Origin: an uncultured Candidatus Poseidoniales archaeon
Lineage (GTDB): Archaea; Thermoplasmatota; Poseidoniia; Poseidoniales; Poseidoniaceae
Length of the DNA: 52,925 nt
Direction of reading: 5' to 3'
Assembly (NCBI GenBank): GCA_963968885.1
Contig: CAXAGT010000005.1
Coordinates: 1 to 52,925 of the forward strand
Position 1 is the first letter of the stretch, and each line of letters opens with the position of its first letter. Under the pieces are notes generated by a model. It was not told the origin of the DNA. It ran no database searches and saw only the letters and a program-made list of their open reading frames with translations. Both the position numbers and the translations under genes were made by a program. Below, piece after piece: positions 28,632 through 38,480 of the stretch.

Positions 28632-29685
28632 TTTCTAATTTTTTCAAGTCTAGTTGCTCTGCATCCAATAAAATGCAACCCGGGATATACATGTTTTCTG
28701 AGAAACCATGCCTGTAGACAACCGCTCCAGAACCCCATTCATCTATGTAACGCGTCATCTGCTTAACCATTTTTTTCCTTTGAAATTCTACATCTGCGCC
28801 GTAATAATGTTTAGCGTCAACCCACGCAATTGGTTCTCCATTAATTTCAACATGGTCCAAAAATAACAGGTCAGGAGTTCTAATTGGTCTTCCATGTTCT
28901 TGATTTTGTTCGGCAACCATTTCTGGTTGTCTACGTAGCCTAACTCCCTTTTGTTCAAACCAGTCTGCAAGTACCTCTTCAAACAAATCAGCTTTTTCAT
29001 GGGTTTCTGATTGATCAACGTTACTTACTCTGTCTGCAGCCTCGGCTTTTTCAAATTCTTCGCGTTCCCTTTTTTTGAATTTTGAAGGTTCCTTAAAATT
29101 AGTTTTTATTCTTGCTTTAGACCATCCTTTTTCTGATAAAATTGTTCGAAATATGTTCATGGGAGGGAAATCAAATTTCCGAGATAGATCGACCACACTG
29201 ACTCCTTCTTCGTATAACCTGCGCAGTTGCTTTCCTTTGGACCTCATCCTGTGGTGAGAGTAAACTGTTTTCTGTTGAAGCAGGGCGCTACGCAATGAAA
29301 GTGATTGGTCAAGATTAATTTTCAGGCCTTGAATTTGGTCCCCAATTTCATCAACTCTTTGCTCACTTAACCAACCAAATTCCCCTCTTTGAATAACAAT
29401 TTTCGATGCAGCCTCCTCATCATTTAGTGGCACAGGATTGGTTAACCACTCAAAAGAAAAAGATCTTGCATTTTCAATATCTTCTGGAAAACCCATCTTT
29501 CTCGGTTCGACTTCGAACCGTTCCTCAGCCCTTGTTTTTGCTTCCTCTATGAATGCTTCATTTCTCGTATAGATAGCCTCAGGGCTTGGGCCGCCATATT
29601 TCTTAGGGCGTCGATTTTTATTGCTAGGGCGGTTTCTCTGTCGCCGGGAATTATTTCTCCCAGTAGCACGATTCTTTTCGCCCAT
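28615..29685 (-). CDS. CDIN1/C15orf41-like (TPD motif) PD-(D/E)XK nuclease
   Basis: Helical region LYEEGVSVVDLSRKFDFPP, then FEEVL, RTPDLLF, WVDAKHYYG, Q..RY...WGSGAVVY..GF. Confidence 0.82.
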   Translation of the reverse strand: MGEKNRATGRNNSRRQRNRPSNKNRRPKKYGGPSPEAIYTRNEAFIEEAKTRAEERFEVEPRKMGFPEDIENARSFSFEWLTNPVPLNDEEAASKIVIQRGEFGWLSEQRVDEIGDQIQGLKINLDQSLSLRSALLQQKTVYSHHRMRSKGKQLRRLYEEGVSVVDLSRKFDFPPMNIFRTILSEKGWSKARIKTNFKEPSKFKKREREEFEKAEAADRVSNVDQSETHEKADLFEEVLADWFEQKGVRLRRQPEMVAEQNQEHGRPIRTPDLLFLDHVEINGEPIAWVDAKHYYGADVEFQRKKMVKQMTRYIDEWGSGAVVYRHGFSENMYIPGCILLDAEQLDLKKLETNSQS

Positions 29686-29736
29686 AATTCAATCGACGTG
29701 AAGGAGGAGTATGAACCCTGCCCATTGTTTTGAAAT

Positions 29737-30222
29737 CTAATTTAATATCGCAATAATATCTTTCATCCATGCCTTAGCCATGCTCTCTACACTTGTTCTA
29801 ACCCATCTTGATGCTAAGGAGTAAATCTTATTCAATCTATAATCAACAAAGATTTCAATTCCAGATTGTTCAGTTTCAGATAGTACAGTTATTGTCATTT
29901 GAAGAGATTTGATGGCCCCTCCAACATTTTTGCCCATCCTAGTTTGTCCATCCAAAGAGATTTCTAACTCATAGAATAACGGCTTTGAATTTGATTTTCT
30001 AGTTGCTGCCACGGTCCACTTTTCTTGAACTAAGGCTCCCTTTACTATTCTCTGGAGTTCAAACTCATCACCCGTATTCAAGGCATTCTGCGTGGAGGAA
30101 ATGATATGAGTCGTAGATTTCATCCATGAAGTCCAAGATGTGATATTAGGCAAAATATCTGTAATCTTGGCCGCCTCATCTTGCAAGAGCGCTTCGCGTA
30201 TCAAAACGCGTTTCTCCTGCAT
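29737..30222 (-). CDS. SRPBCC/START-like ligand-binding domain protein (putative)
   Basis: Helix-grip pattern (WTSWM, GDEF strand run, C-terminal amphipathic helix). Strong SD GAGGAGG before ATG 30222. Confidence 0.5.
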   Translation of the reverse strand: MQEKRVLIREALLQDEAAKITDILPNITSWTSWMKSTTHIISSTQNALNTGDEFELQRIVKGALVQEKWTVAATRKSNSKPLFYELEISLDGQTRMGKNVGGAIKSLQMTITVLSETEQSGIEIFVDYRLNKIYSLASRWVRTSVESMAKAWMKDIIAILN

Positions 30223-30305
30223 GCCCCCTCCTCTGAGCCCTTTCACATGATATTGTCGAATCATCTTAGCCATTAATTCATAATAAAGAAGCAATTGCTA
30301 GGATT

Positions 30306-32972
30306 ATGGATAGGAGGCGTCTTGTTATTTTTAGCACAGCCTCTTTGTTGCTATTGTCACTATGTAATTTGCTTGCAGTGCATCATATTACGGGGCAAGA
30401 AAATTCCGATTTCCCCCAGAAAATAGTATCATATTCCGGCAATTCTAACACCGAATTACTTGGTTGGGCAAATTCTGCTGCGGGTTTTGGACAAGATAGT
30501 GTAAATGATGTCCATGTTGATACAGAGGGTTTCACCTACTTAGTTGGATCTTATACAGATTGGATGGGCTTCAATGAACAAGTTGATGGTATCACTTCAG
30601 AAGGTGCACTGGGAGACGTAGACATGTTCCTTGGTAAGATAGACAAGCATGGTGTTTGGTTAAATGCCACCACTGAGGGTAGTTCATCTGGCAAGGACAC
30701 AATACAGGCAATCGATAGTTTTGACAACGGTGACTTATTGCTAACAGGAACATTTTGCGAAGGGACTGCGGGAATAGCATGTAACCTAACCCTGGGGACT
30801 ATGCCATCCTTAGAAAAAATATCAAACAATGATGAAGGGAACATATTTGTTGGAAGATACTCAACTGCAGGGGCTTGGGAATGGGTCCAAAATATTGGAA
30901 ATCAATATCCGGTAACTGTTATCGGAGCATCAGTAAATTCAGTCCAAAATTCAGTAATTGCATTTACTCACTCGGAAGATGTGCCAATAAATGAGGCTAT
31001 TATCAATGGGACAACTAATTATTCCTTAACCATCCTAGAATTGGATTTTGTAGGAAATTATTCACAACACAGCACGCTTGACGCCTCCCAAGGTTTTGAA
31101 TCTAGGGGAGATATTTGTTCTGGCAATGATGGTGAAACGTTTACTTTGTTTGGATTCTCAGGATTCCTAAATACTCAGGAGACTTCAATTTCAAGTAACG
31201 GATGGAGCGACATTGGACTTGCAAAATTTAGCGCAGGTTCAGTCGAATGGATAAGTACGGGCGGAAGCGAAGAATCGGATATGCCTGCTTCTTGCTCCTA
31301 TTCACCCTTAGGCAAAATAGCGATTAGCTCAACTATAGGCGATGATTCTATTTTTGGTGAACTAGAGATTACCAATATATCGAATAGAGCAATGTCTGTA
31401 GTTGTAGCAGATATGAGTGGTGAATGGAAGCAAACAGCTTCACTAGATTCGATAAATTATGAATCGATATCTGATGTCGAATTTGATGTTCAAGGTGGAT
31501 TGACTGTACTTGGCTCAATTTCTTCTTCACTGACAATTGGGGATGATGAATTGTACGATTTAGACTCGAGCAATGATATATACAGCAATGACGTTTTTTT
31601 AGGCTACTTATCTAACGAAATGGAATGGGAATGGGCTGTAAATTCAGGTGGCCAAGGAAATGATATTGGTCAGGCTTTGTCAAAAGGACCTGATGGCTCA
31701 TGGATTATCACTTACATATTCACAGATGAGAATACTATGGGCGGTCATGATGTGATTCATCAAGGCTCACAAGATGTGGGGATTTGGAGGTATGATACAG
31801 ATATTGACGGAGATGGAATCCTAGATGGAGTTGATGTTTGTCCTAGAATCCCAAATCCAGATCAGGCTAATTTGGATATGGACGAGTACGGAGATTTATG
31901 TGACCAAGATGACGATGGAGACAGGATTCCAGATGAATTAGATGACTGCCCGCATGGAGAAACAGGCTGGGTAAGTCTTCAGAGCACTGACCACGATTCG
32001 GATGGATGTAGGGATGCAGGAGAAGATCTTGATGATGATGAAGACAGGATTTTTGATCATAATGACGCTTGTCCACTAGGGCCTGTCGGCTGGATATCTA
32101 CACCAGAAGTAGACAGAGAAGGAGATGGTTGTGCGGATTATGATACCGATGAAGACGGCTTTGTAGACCAAGCGGATAATTGCCCTAACCTACCTAATCC
32201 AACTCAAACAGACCTTGACGGAGATGGAAAAGGCGATCCATGCGATGAAGACGCGGATGGAGATACAATCAATTCTTCTCAAGACAACTGTCCCATGGAT
32301 TTTGAACCTTGGATAAGTACAGAACTAATAGATCATGATAGAGATGGTTGCAGAGATTCTACAAATGATTTGGATGACGATGGCGATAATATTCTTGACG
32401 GCTTTGATTCTTGTCCAGTTGGTCTAACGGGATGGTTATCAAATAATTCAACAGATTTAGATTCAGATGGATGTAATAATGAAGAGGATTTAGATGACGA
32501 TAATGACGGTTTTTATGATGATGTAGACAACTGTCCAATGGGAATTACGGGGATAGCTCCACTTGGGCAAGATCGTGACAATGATGGTTGTATAGACATT
32601 GTCGAGGATATCGACGATGATGGCGATGGTGTGGAAAATGGTATTGACCAATGCCCGCGAACAGCTGCGAATGGGGAACAAATCACAGCATATGGATGTG
32701 CATGGAGTCAATTAGATGATGATGGGGATGGAGTAAGCAATCCGGATGACATGTGCCCCTCATCAAACCAAGGAGCACTTGTGACTCTAAACGGTTGTGA
32801 GTTAATACAAGATAACAATTCAGAACTAAGTCCACAGTCATCAAATTCATCGCTGTATGTTGTTATTGTTCTTTTATTGGTTGTAGTAGGGGCAATCATG
32901 TTCAAATTGAAAACAGACAATTCAGCACAAGTCGAAAAAACAATTCAATCTATTCCTAACGAAGAGGAATAA
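30306..32972 (+). CDS. Membrane-anchored surface protein: beta-propeller-like repeats plus thrombospondin type-3 (Ca-binding) repeats
   Basis: Signal/TM at N-terminus; recurring D.F.G.....G.W.W units; about 16 DxDxDG..D..D.CP repeats; C-terminal TM. Confidence 0.85.
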   Translation: MDRRRLVIFSTASLLLLSLCNLLAVHHITGQENSDFPQKIVSYSGNSNTELLGWANSAAGFGQDSVNDVHVDTEGFTYLVGSYTDWMGFNEQVDGITSEGALGDVDMFLGKIDKHGVWLNATTEGSSSGKDTIQAIDSFDNGDLLLTGTFCEGTAGIACNLTLGTMPSLEKISNNDEGNIFVGRYSTAGAWEWVQNIGNQYPVTVIGASVNSVQNSVIAFTHSEDVPINEAIINGTTNYSLTILELDFVGNYSQHSTLDASQGFESRGDICSGNDGETFTLFGFSGFLNTQETSISSNGWSDIGLAKFSAGSVEWISTGGSEESDMPASCSYSPLGKIAISSTIGDDSIFGELEITNISNRAMSVVVADMSGEWKQTASLDSINYESISDVEFDVQGGLTVLGSISSSLTIGDDELYDLDSSNDIYSNDVFLGYLSNEMEWEWAVNSGGQGNDIGQALSKGPDGSWIITYIFTDENTMGGHDVIHQGSQDVGIWRYDTDIDGDGILDGVDVCPRIPNPDQANLDMDEYGDLCDQDDDGDRIPDELDDCPHGETGWVSLQSTDHDSDGCRDAGEDLDDDEDRIFDHNDACPLGPVGWISTPEVDREGDGCADYDTDEDGFVDQADNCPNLPNPTQTDLDGDGKGDPCDEDADGDTINSSQDNCPMDFEPWISTELIDHDRDGCRDSTNDLDDDGDNILDGFDSCPVGLTGWLSNNSTDLDSDGCNNEEDLDDDNDGFYDDVDNCPMGITGIAPLGQDRDNDGCIDIVEDIDDDGDGVENGIDQCPRTAANGEQITAYGCAWSQLDDDGDGVSNPDDMCPSSNQGALVTLNGCELIQDNNSELSPQSSNSSLYVVIVLLLVVVGAIMFKLKTDNSAQVEKTIQSIPNEEE
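31795..32790 (+). repeat. Coding TSP3-like Asp/Cys repeats (about 16 units)
   Basis: DIDGDG, DDDGDR, DHDSDG, DLDGDG etc. in translation; degenerate at DNA level. Confidence 0.8.
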
Positions 32973-35798
32973 TCAAGAATACACTATTGCAGGCGATAGC
33001 GGCATTGCTGCTCCTGCTTTACCAGTGTCGTCCTCTGGACTTTCCGCCAAAATCACTTCAACACTACTTAGGCCTAATTCCTGGGAAATAAAGTCGGTTC
33101 GATCCATGAAAACTGAGAATTCACTCAATTGGCTTAGAATGATTTCTCTAGTATCATCATCCCATTTGAAAACTTGTGGCAACATTCGCTTAGACCAAAA
33201 GCCCATTACCTGACCTTTGTTTTCATCATTCACCAATTCACTTTCACCAAGAATTCCAATAAATTGTTTTGGATTTCCTCCTGATATTATGTGCGAGAGA
33301 GCCATTTTCGCAAGCTCACGTTTCCAGGCCGGAGATACAACAATCTTGGCGTGTTGAGCACTTCCACCGAGATGTCTTTCAGCAATTGATTTTACTTTTC
33401 TTGCATTTTCTAAGAATGATTTTAGTAATTCTTCAGAATCAAGCATCGCCTTTTCAGATTCATTTAGTTCTAAGACATCATCCATTACCTGATTTGCAAG
33501 GAGTCCAGTTTGTCCTATCTGTTTCCACCAATCTTCTGCCAAGTGAGGTGTAGCTAATGCTATCATGAATGACCACGATTTCAAAACCTTAGAGCCGATG
33601 GATGCATTGTTCCCCCCTCTTCTAACATACCAATTGATATCTTTAGGAAGTTCATAATGCGACAATTCTACCGCTCTTCTCAAATCATATTCGTCCATTG
33701 CAGTCTTCCAATCTCTAATTCTCTGATTCAATCTTGCTAGTAACCAATTATCCATCACGTTTTCTTCATTGCCCCAACCAAGGACGTTATCGGGAATTTT
33801 CTCCATCTGTTGCATAACCTTGTAATTCGCTTGAAGTGCTTTATCAGACCAATCCATTCCAGCGGTAGGATTGGCTGCGAATAGGATAAACAGCCTTACA
33901 GTATCGGCTCCAAAATTATCCACCATGTCTTCTGGTGATACCGTATTTCCAAGACTCTTGGACATTTTTGCACTTCGCAGACTTAACGGTGAATCGCAAT
34001 GCGGGCAGTTTTTGTCAATATGCTCGACAGGTAAGGTAACTCCACAGGGTTCACACCAAGGGGCAGCCTTGTTGACCATCCCTTGGCAAAGTAAAGATTG
34101 GAATGGCTCATCAATGTCATGTAATCCGAGATCTCTTAACGCCTTAGTCCAAAATCTAGCATATATCAAATGCATTTGTGCGTGCTCTATTCCTCCGCAG
34201 TAGAAGTCTACATTCATCCAATGGTTTGCAACATCCTTGTCAAAACACATTTCATGATTCATAGCGTCCGTATATCTCAAGAAGTACCAAGAAGAATCCA
34301 CAAATGTATCCATGGTGTCGGTTTCTCTTCGTGCAGGTTTTCCACATTTGGGGCAATCTACGTTGAGGAAACTTTCCGATGTTTCTAGGGGGTTGCCTTT
34401 TCCGGTAAACTCTACATCTCTTGGCAGTTCTACAGGTAATTGATCTTCAGGAACTGCCACAGGTCCGCAATCATCACAATGGATAATCGGAATTGGAGTT
34501 CCCCAATACCTCTGCCTTGATATTAACCACGGCCTAATTTTCCATTGAACAATACTCTTACCCATTCCAATTTGTTGTAATTTATCACTAATTGCGGACT
34601 TTGCTTCTTCACCATAAAGACCGTCAAACCCAGGCATAGGTGAATTAACCATCCACCCTAGTTCCGTTTCTGCCTTCTTGACCTCAGCCCCAGGGTCTTG
34701 ACTCTCTTTCATAATCAAGACGCGCTTGATTTGGATATCATATCTATTAGCAAATTCGAAGTCTCTATCATCATGTCCTGGGACTGCCATTACCGCACCA
34801 GTTCCATACGATGCGATTACAAAGTTACCAATCCATATTGGTATCCTTTCCTGTGTCAAAGGATGAATTGCAAATCTACCAGTGGGGACTCCCTTTTTCG
34901 CTCCTAGATTTTTAATTCTATCAAATTCAGACATTATACTTGTCTCATCGAATAAATCCTTCCAAGCAGATTCAAATTCAGTATCTTTGACAAGTATTTC
35001 AGCTAGCGGATGCTCTGGAGCTAGAGTGACAAATGTCACGCCGAAGAGAGTATCTGGGCGAGTTGTAAATACCTCAATATCCTGTTCAAAGTTTTCAATT
35101 TCAAACCTAATTTCGCATCCTTCACTTCTGCCCAACCAATCCTGCTGAAGCAGTTTCACGTTATTTGGAAAATCAATTTGGTCCAAACCGTCAAGCAATT
35201 CTTGAGTATAATCTGTAATGTTAAGGAACCACTGACTCATATCCTTTTGCTTAACAGGTCCATTACATCTCCAGCATCGTCCTGCCTTTACCTGTTCATT
35301 TGCCAGAACAGTTGAACAAGAATTGCACCAATTTACCGGGGCGAATTTCTGCACTGCCAAGCCGTTTTCAAAAAATTTCGTGAAAAAATATTGATTCCAT
35401 TTGTAATATTTTGGATCATGGCTCTTAATCATCCTTCTCCAATCATAAGAAAAACCCATTCTTTTGATCTGTTGGGTAATTGAATTCATATTCTTCTCTG
35501 TAATATCGTGAGGGTGTCCTCCTTCTTTGATTGCAGCATTTTCAGCTGGCATGCCAAATGAATCATACCCCATTGGATACAAAACATCGAAGCCTGACAT
35601 TCGTTTGTAGCGAGCAACAGCATCTCCGATTGAGTAATTTCTTACGTGCCCCATGTGCATTTTTCCGCTCGGATACGGATACATTTCCAAGCAATAGAAC
35701 GGAGGCTTATCCCCAGATATCTCAGTTTCGAAAACTCTAGATTTGTCCCACTGGCCTTGCCAGTAGACTTCATCACTTATCGGGCCTTCAGTGGACAT
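32973..35798 (-). CDS. leuS: Leucine--tRNA ligase (bacterial-type core, archaeal-type C-terminus)
   Basis: YPYPSG.MHMGHVRNY, FTTRPDT, GTGAVMAVPGHD.RD, WLISRQRYWGTPIP, RETDTMDTF, KMSKS, terminal AMPLSPAIVY. Confidence 0.97.
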   Translation of the reverse strand: MSTEGPISDEVYWQGQWDKSRVFETEISGDKPPFYCLEMYPYPSGKMHMGHVRNYSIGDAVARYKRMSGFDVLYPMGYDSFGMPAENAAIKEGGHPHDITEKNMNSITQQIKRMGFSYDWRRMIKSHDPKYYKWNQYFFTKFFENGLAVQKFAPVNWCNSCSTVLANEQVKAGRCWRCNGPVKQKDMSQWFLNITDYTQELLDGLDQIDFPNNVKLLQQDWLGRSEGCEIRFEIENFEQDIEVFTTRPDTLFGVTFVTLAPEHPLAEILVKDTEFESAWKDLFDETSIMSEFDRIKNLGAKKGVPTGRFAIHPLTQERIPIWIGNFVIASYGTGAVMAVPGHDDRDFEFANRYDIQIKRVLIMKESQDPGAEVKKAETELGWMVNSPMPGFDGLYGEEAKSAISDKLQQIGMGKSIVQWKIRPWLISRQRYWGTPIPIIHCDDCGPVAVPEDQLPVELPRDVEFTGKGNPLETSESFLNVDCPKCGKPARRETDTMDTFVDSSWYFLRYTDAMNHEMCFDKDVANHWMNVDFYCGGIEHAQMHLIYARFWTKALRDLGLHDIDEPFQSLLCQGMVNKAAPWCEPCGVTLPVEHIDKNCPHCDSPLSLRSAKMSKSLGNTVSPEDMVDNFGADTVRLFILFAANPTAGMDWSDKALQANYKVMQQMEKIPDNVLGWGNEENVMDNWLLARLNQRIRDWKTAMDEYDLRRAVELSHYELPKDINWYVRRGGNNASIGSKVLKSWSFMIALATPHLAEDWWKQIGQTGLLANQVMDDVLELNESEKAMLDSEELLKSFLENARKVKSIAERHLGGSAQHAKIVVSPAWKRELAKMALSHIISGGNPKQFIGILGESELVNDENKGQVMGFWSKRMLPQVFKWDDDTREIILSQLSEFSVFMDRTDFISQELGLSSVEVILAESPEDDTGKAGAAMPLSPAIVYS

Positions 35799-35861
35799 TT
35801 CTATCGCTCAAGATAAGCCAAAACGCAACTTAATTTCAAATGAACCATTGGAAAACCAATT

Positions 35862-38426
35862 TTAACGACCAAATTTCTCGTCAGTTTCTAGTAAGAAAAT
35901 TGCCTCTCTAGTGAGTTTGTAGCAATTCTTCATTCCCATTTTTCTCCTCTCGACCAAGCCATATTTCTGCAGGGTTCTCAGATGGTGTGAAATCAACTGC
36001 TGGCTTTTATCTAGCCTTTTGGCTAGTAGAGCTTGCGTAGGGAATTCTCCTAACAATCCATCATCGTCAAGGATAGTCAGAATCTTTCCTTGCAGAGACT
36101 TCGGATCTGGGCTTAGTGGTGGCACCGGTAACTCTTGCTCATCAGTATATGGATTCATGTCGCTTGTAAGGGGGTAATATCTTACAAGTCTGCCATCTTT
36201 CTTTCTCCATATCTTCTCTTCTTTTTCAAGAATTCTGATGTGATGGGTGCATTGCCCATTCGACATTTGCATTGCAGCCATGAGTGCTCTAAAGTGACAA
36301 CCAGGGTTAGCGGTTAGGTAACCCATTATCCTTCCACGCTGATATTTCCCATCTGTAGTTTCACTAGTTTTACCAACTAAGCCAATTAGCCAAAGCCCCA
36401 TTGCGGTACTAGGAATTCTTAGGCTCTCGTTGCTTATGATTGCAGTGACAAGTAAGGAAAGCAGGGTAGTGCTAGCAATTACAGAGATTACTGGAATTGC
36501 ATTGTTTACAGGAACTACTTCTTCTTGAATCTCGATGGTTTGCTCAGCACTTTCTAGTTCAGTTGGTTGCTCTTCTTCTACGCCATCATAAATGTAGATA
36601 ATTTCCGAGACGTCAAAATTCTGTATTTGATAACTAGAGCAAGCTAGAGATGATTCAGAAGTAAGTGAGCCTTTGTATATACCAGATTGACCTTGTTGTG
36701 GGGTCCAATCGGTTATTCCCAATGCGCTATTCAAACCATACTGAGTTTCATCTTCTTGATTCAAAACCCAGCACGTACCTTGCTCGGTCAAGAACCCTGT
36801 CCAAGTTCCGATTAATTCAATCTCATCGACAACAGTTTGTTCAGGTGTTGTGATCTCTTCTGCTGCTTGGTCGTTTAGTGGCCAGTTGAATTCAATGATG
36901 TGCTGGTTTATTGAACGGGTAGCGAGTTTAATTTCAATTGTGTAAGTCCCATCTTCTAGTGAATTGCCTTCTGGGTTTAGCATTGCGAATTCATCTGTTT
37001 TCAGATTGAATGTTGCTCCATCGGAGAGTGAGAAAGATCTCCCGTCGTATGTATCACAAACGGTTTGCCTAATCATTAATTTTTGATTTTCTATATTCTT
37101 TAAGGTAAGTTCCAACGCACATGGACCTTGCCAAGTTAGGTATGAGTTTGTTTGACTACTCAACGAAATGTCCACTTCGAAGCCGTTTTCTGTTTCCGAT
37201 AAATCGGCTTCTAAGGATAGAAGACTTTCTTCTCCACATGGTTCTGCAAAATTACGCTCGAAATCAAATGTTTGAGATTTAGAGAGTCCTATTTCTGGAA
37301 CGCTTGCAACAATTATGTATTCTCCGGTTCCTATGGAACAACCGTTAATATCTGTAAAGAACCAATTTGGCATTTGGAGGTTTAATCCCCCTTCTCTTGG
37401 AACAACTCTCTCTTGTGACATTTCATTACAAGCACTAAATTGCTGGCTATCAAACACAAGGTTTCCTATGGCATCGTATATCCAATATACTGCACGACAA
37501 GAATTAGTAAATTCTAGTTCAATATCGTTATCCAGGTTATTCTCTATTAGGATACTTGGCGCAAAGGTAGAGTCTGAGGTAAGAATCGCCCCAGGAGCAA
37601 AACCGTTTATTGTTGAGGTCATTCCGTCAATGGTTGCGTCTTGAGGCACAAGTGAAAATGTTTCACTCCATTCGTTATTTGGTGTGGAGATTATGATTTC
37701 TGATCTTGCGTCAATATCGAAATTTAAGTCAATTGCGTGATGCAATCTAGTTTCCCATCCCTCCAGTCCTATTTCATCGAAACAACTCGGTCCAGTTCTT
37801 TCCTCTCCGCTAACAGAAATTATCAATTTACAAAATTGGTCATCCGGCATAGAAACTGAATTCGCGCCAAAGTTTGTCCAGGTAAGTCTAGCAATATCGG
37901 CATTGTATTGAGAAAAACCAGTTGAAGAAGACATTATCTCAACCTCCAAATTCAGGCTTTCCGGCCATTGTGTAGGTGCAAAGAACTGAACATCAAAAGA
38001 ATTGGAAAGCCCTGTGCCCGTGTGAACAGTCTCTATGGTATACATTCCACTTTCAACCAGTGTATCGTTAATTTCAAAGTCCCAAGAGAATGAATAAACT
38101 TCACTGATTTCGCCAGAATCGAGTGTTTGCCCACGATTCTGGCCTCTGCATGTTTCTTCACCATTTAGAATAACATTATCTTCATCATCGTAAATCTTTG
38201 CAATTATTCCACATGTAGGGTCGTCATCGATGGTGATAGCATCTCCTGAATTCAATAGCCATGAATTAAAACTAATGCTATCTCCAAAGATGTACCAATC
38301 ATCAGCTACAAAATCATCCTCAATGGAAAGATTACCTTCCTGTTGAGCAGAGATTCCTAGCGGATATATTGCAAGGAGCAAGACCATGCACAAAGAGAGA
38401 AACTGTATGGTTCTCACTCGCCCCAT
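35862..38426 (-). CDS. Membrane-anchored transcriptional regulator: large external domain, TM, tandem wHTH (COG3398-like)
   Basis: Signal peptide; TM near aa 645-665; RGRIMGYLTANPG.HF..L...MSNG...HH...LEK and TQ..LA.RL.KS.Q.IS.HL..L...GLV. Confidence 0.82.
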   Translation of the reverse strand: MGRVRTIQFLSLCMVLLLAIYPLGISAQQEGNLSIEDDFVADDWYIFGDSISFNSWLLNSGDAITIDDDPTCGIIAKIYDDEDNVILNGEETCRGQNRGQTLDSGEISEVYSFSWDFEINDTLVESGMYTIETVHTGTGLSNSFDVQFFAPTQWPESLNLEVEIMSSSTGFSQYNADIARLTWTNFGANSVSMPDDQFCKLIISVSGEERTGPSCFDEIGLEGWETRLHHAIDLNFDIDARSEIIISTPNNEWSETFSLVPQDATIDGMTSTINGFAPGAILTSDSTFAPSILIENNLDNDIELEFTNSCRAVYWIYDAIGNLVFDSQQFSACNEMSQERVVPREGGLNLQMPNWFFTDINGCSIGTGEYIIVASVPEIGLSKSQTFDFERNFAEPCGEESLLSLEADLSETENGFEVDISLSSQTNSYLTWQGPCALELTLKNIENQKLMIRQTVCDTYDGRSFSLSDGATFNLKTDEFAMLNPEGNSLEDGTYTIEIKLATRSINQHIIEFNWPLNDQAAEEITTPEQTVVDEIELIGTWTGFLTEQGTCWVLNQEDETQYGLNSALGITDWTPQQGQSGIYKGSLTSESSLACSSYQIQNFDVSEIIYIYDGVEEEQPTELESAEQTIEIQEEVVPVNNAIPVISVIASTTLLSLLVTAIISNESLRIPSTAMGLWLIGLVGKTSETTDGKYQRGRIMGYLTANPGCHFRALMAAMQMSNGQCTHHIRILEKEEKIWRKKDGRLVRYYPLTSDMNPYTDEQELPVPPLSPDPKSLQGKILTILDDDGLLGEFPTQALLAKRLDKSQQLISHHLRTLQKYGLVERRKMGMKNCYKLTREAIFLLETDEKFGR

Positions 38427-38446
38427 GGATTAACCCAGGTAACTCA

Positions 38447-38460
38447 TCCCTTGAAAGGGA
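38447..38460. promoter_or_regulatory. Palindromic bidirectional promoter or operator TCCCTT-GA-AAGGGA
   Basis: Perfect 6-bp inverted repeat centred at 38453.5, the exact midpoint between divergent ATGs 38426 and 38481. Confidence 0.6.
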
Positions 38461-38480
38461 ATTGGTGCATACAATGTGTA

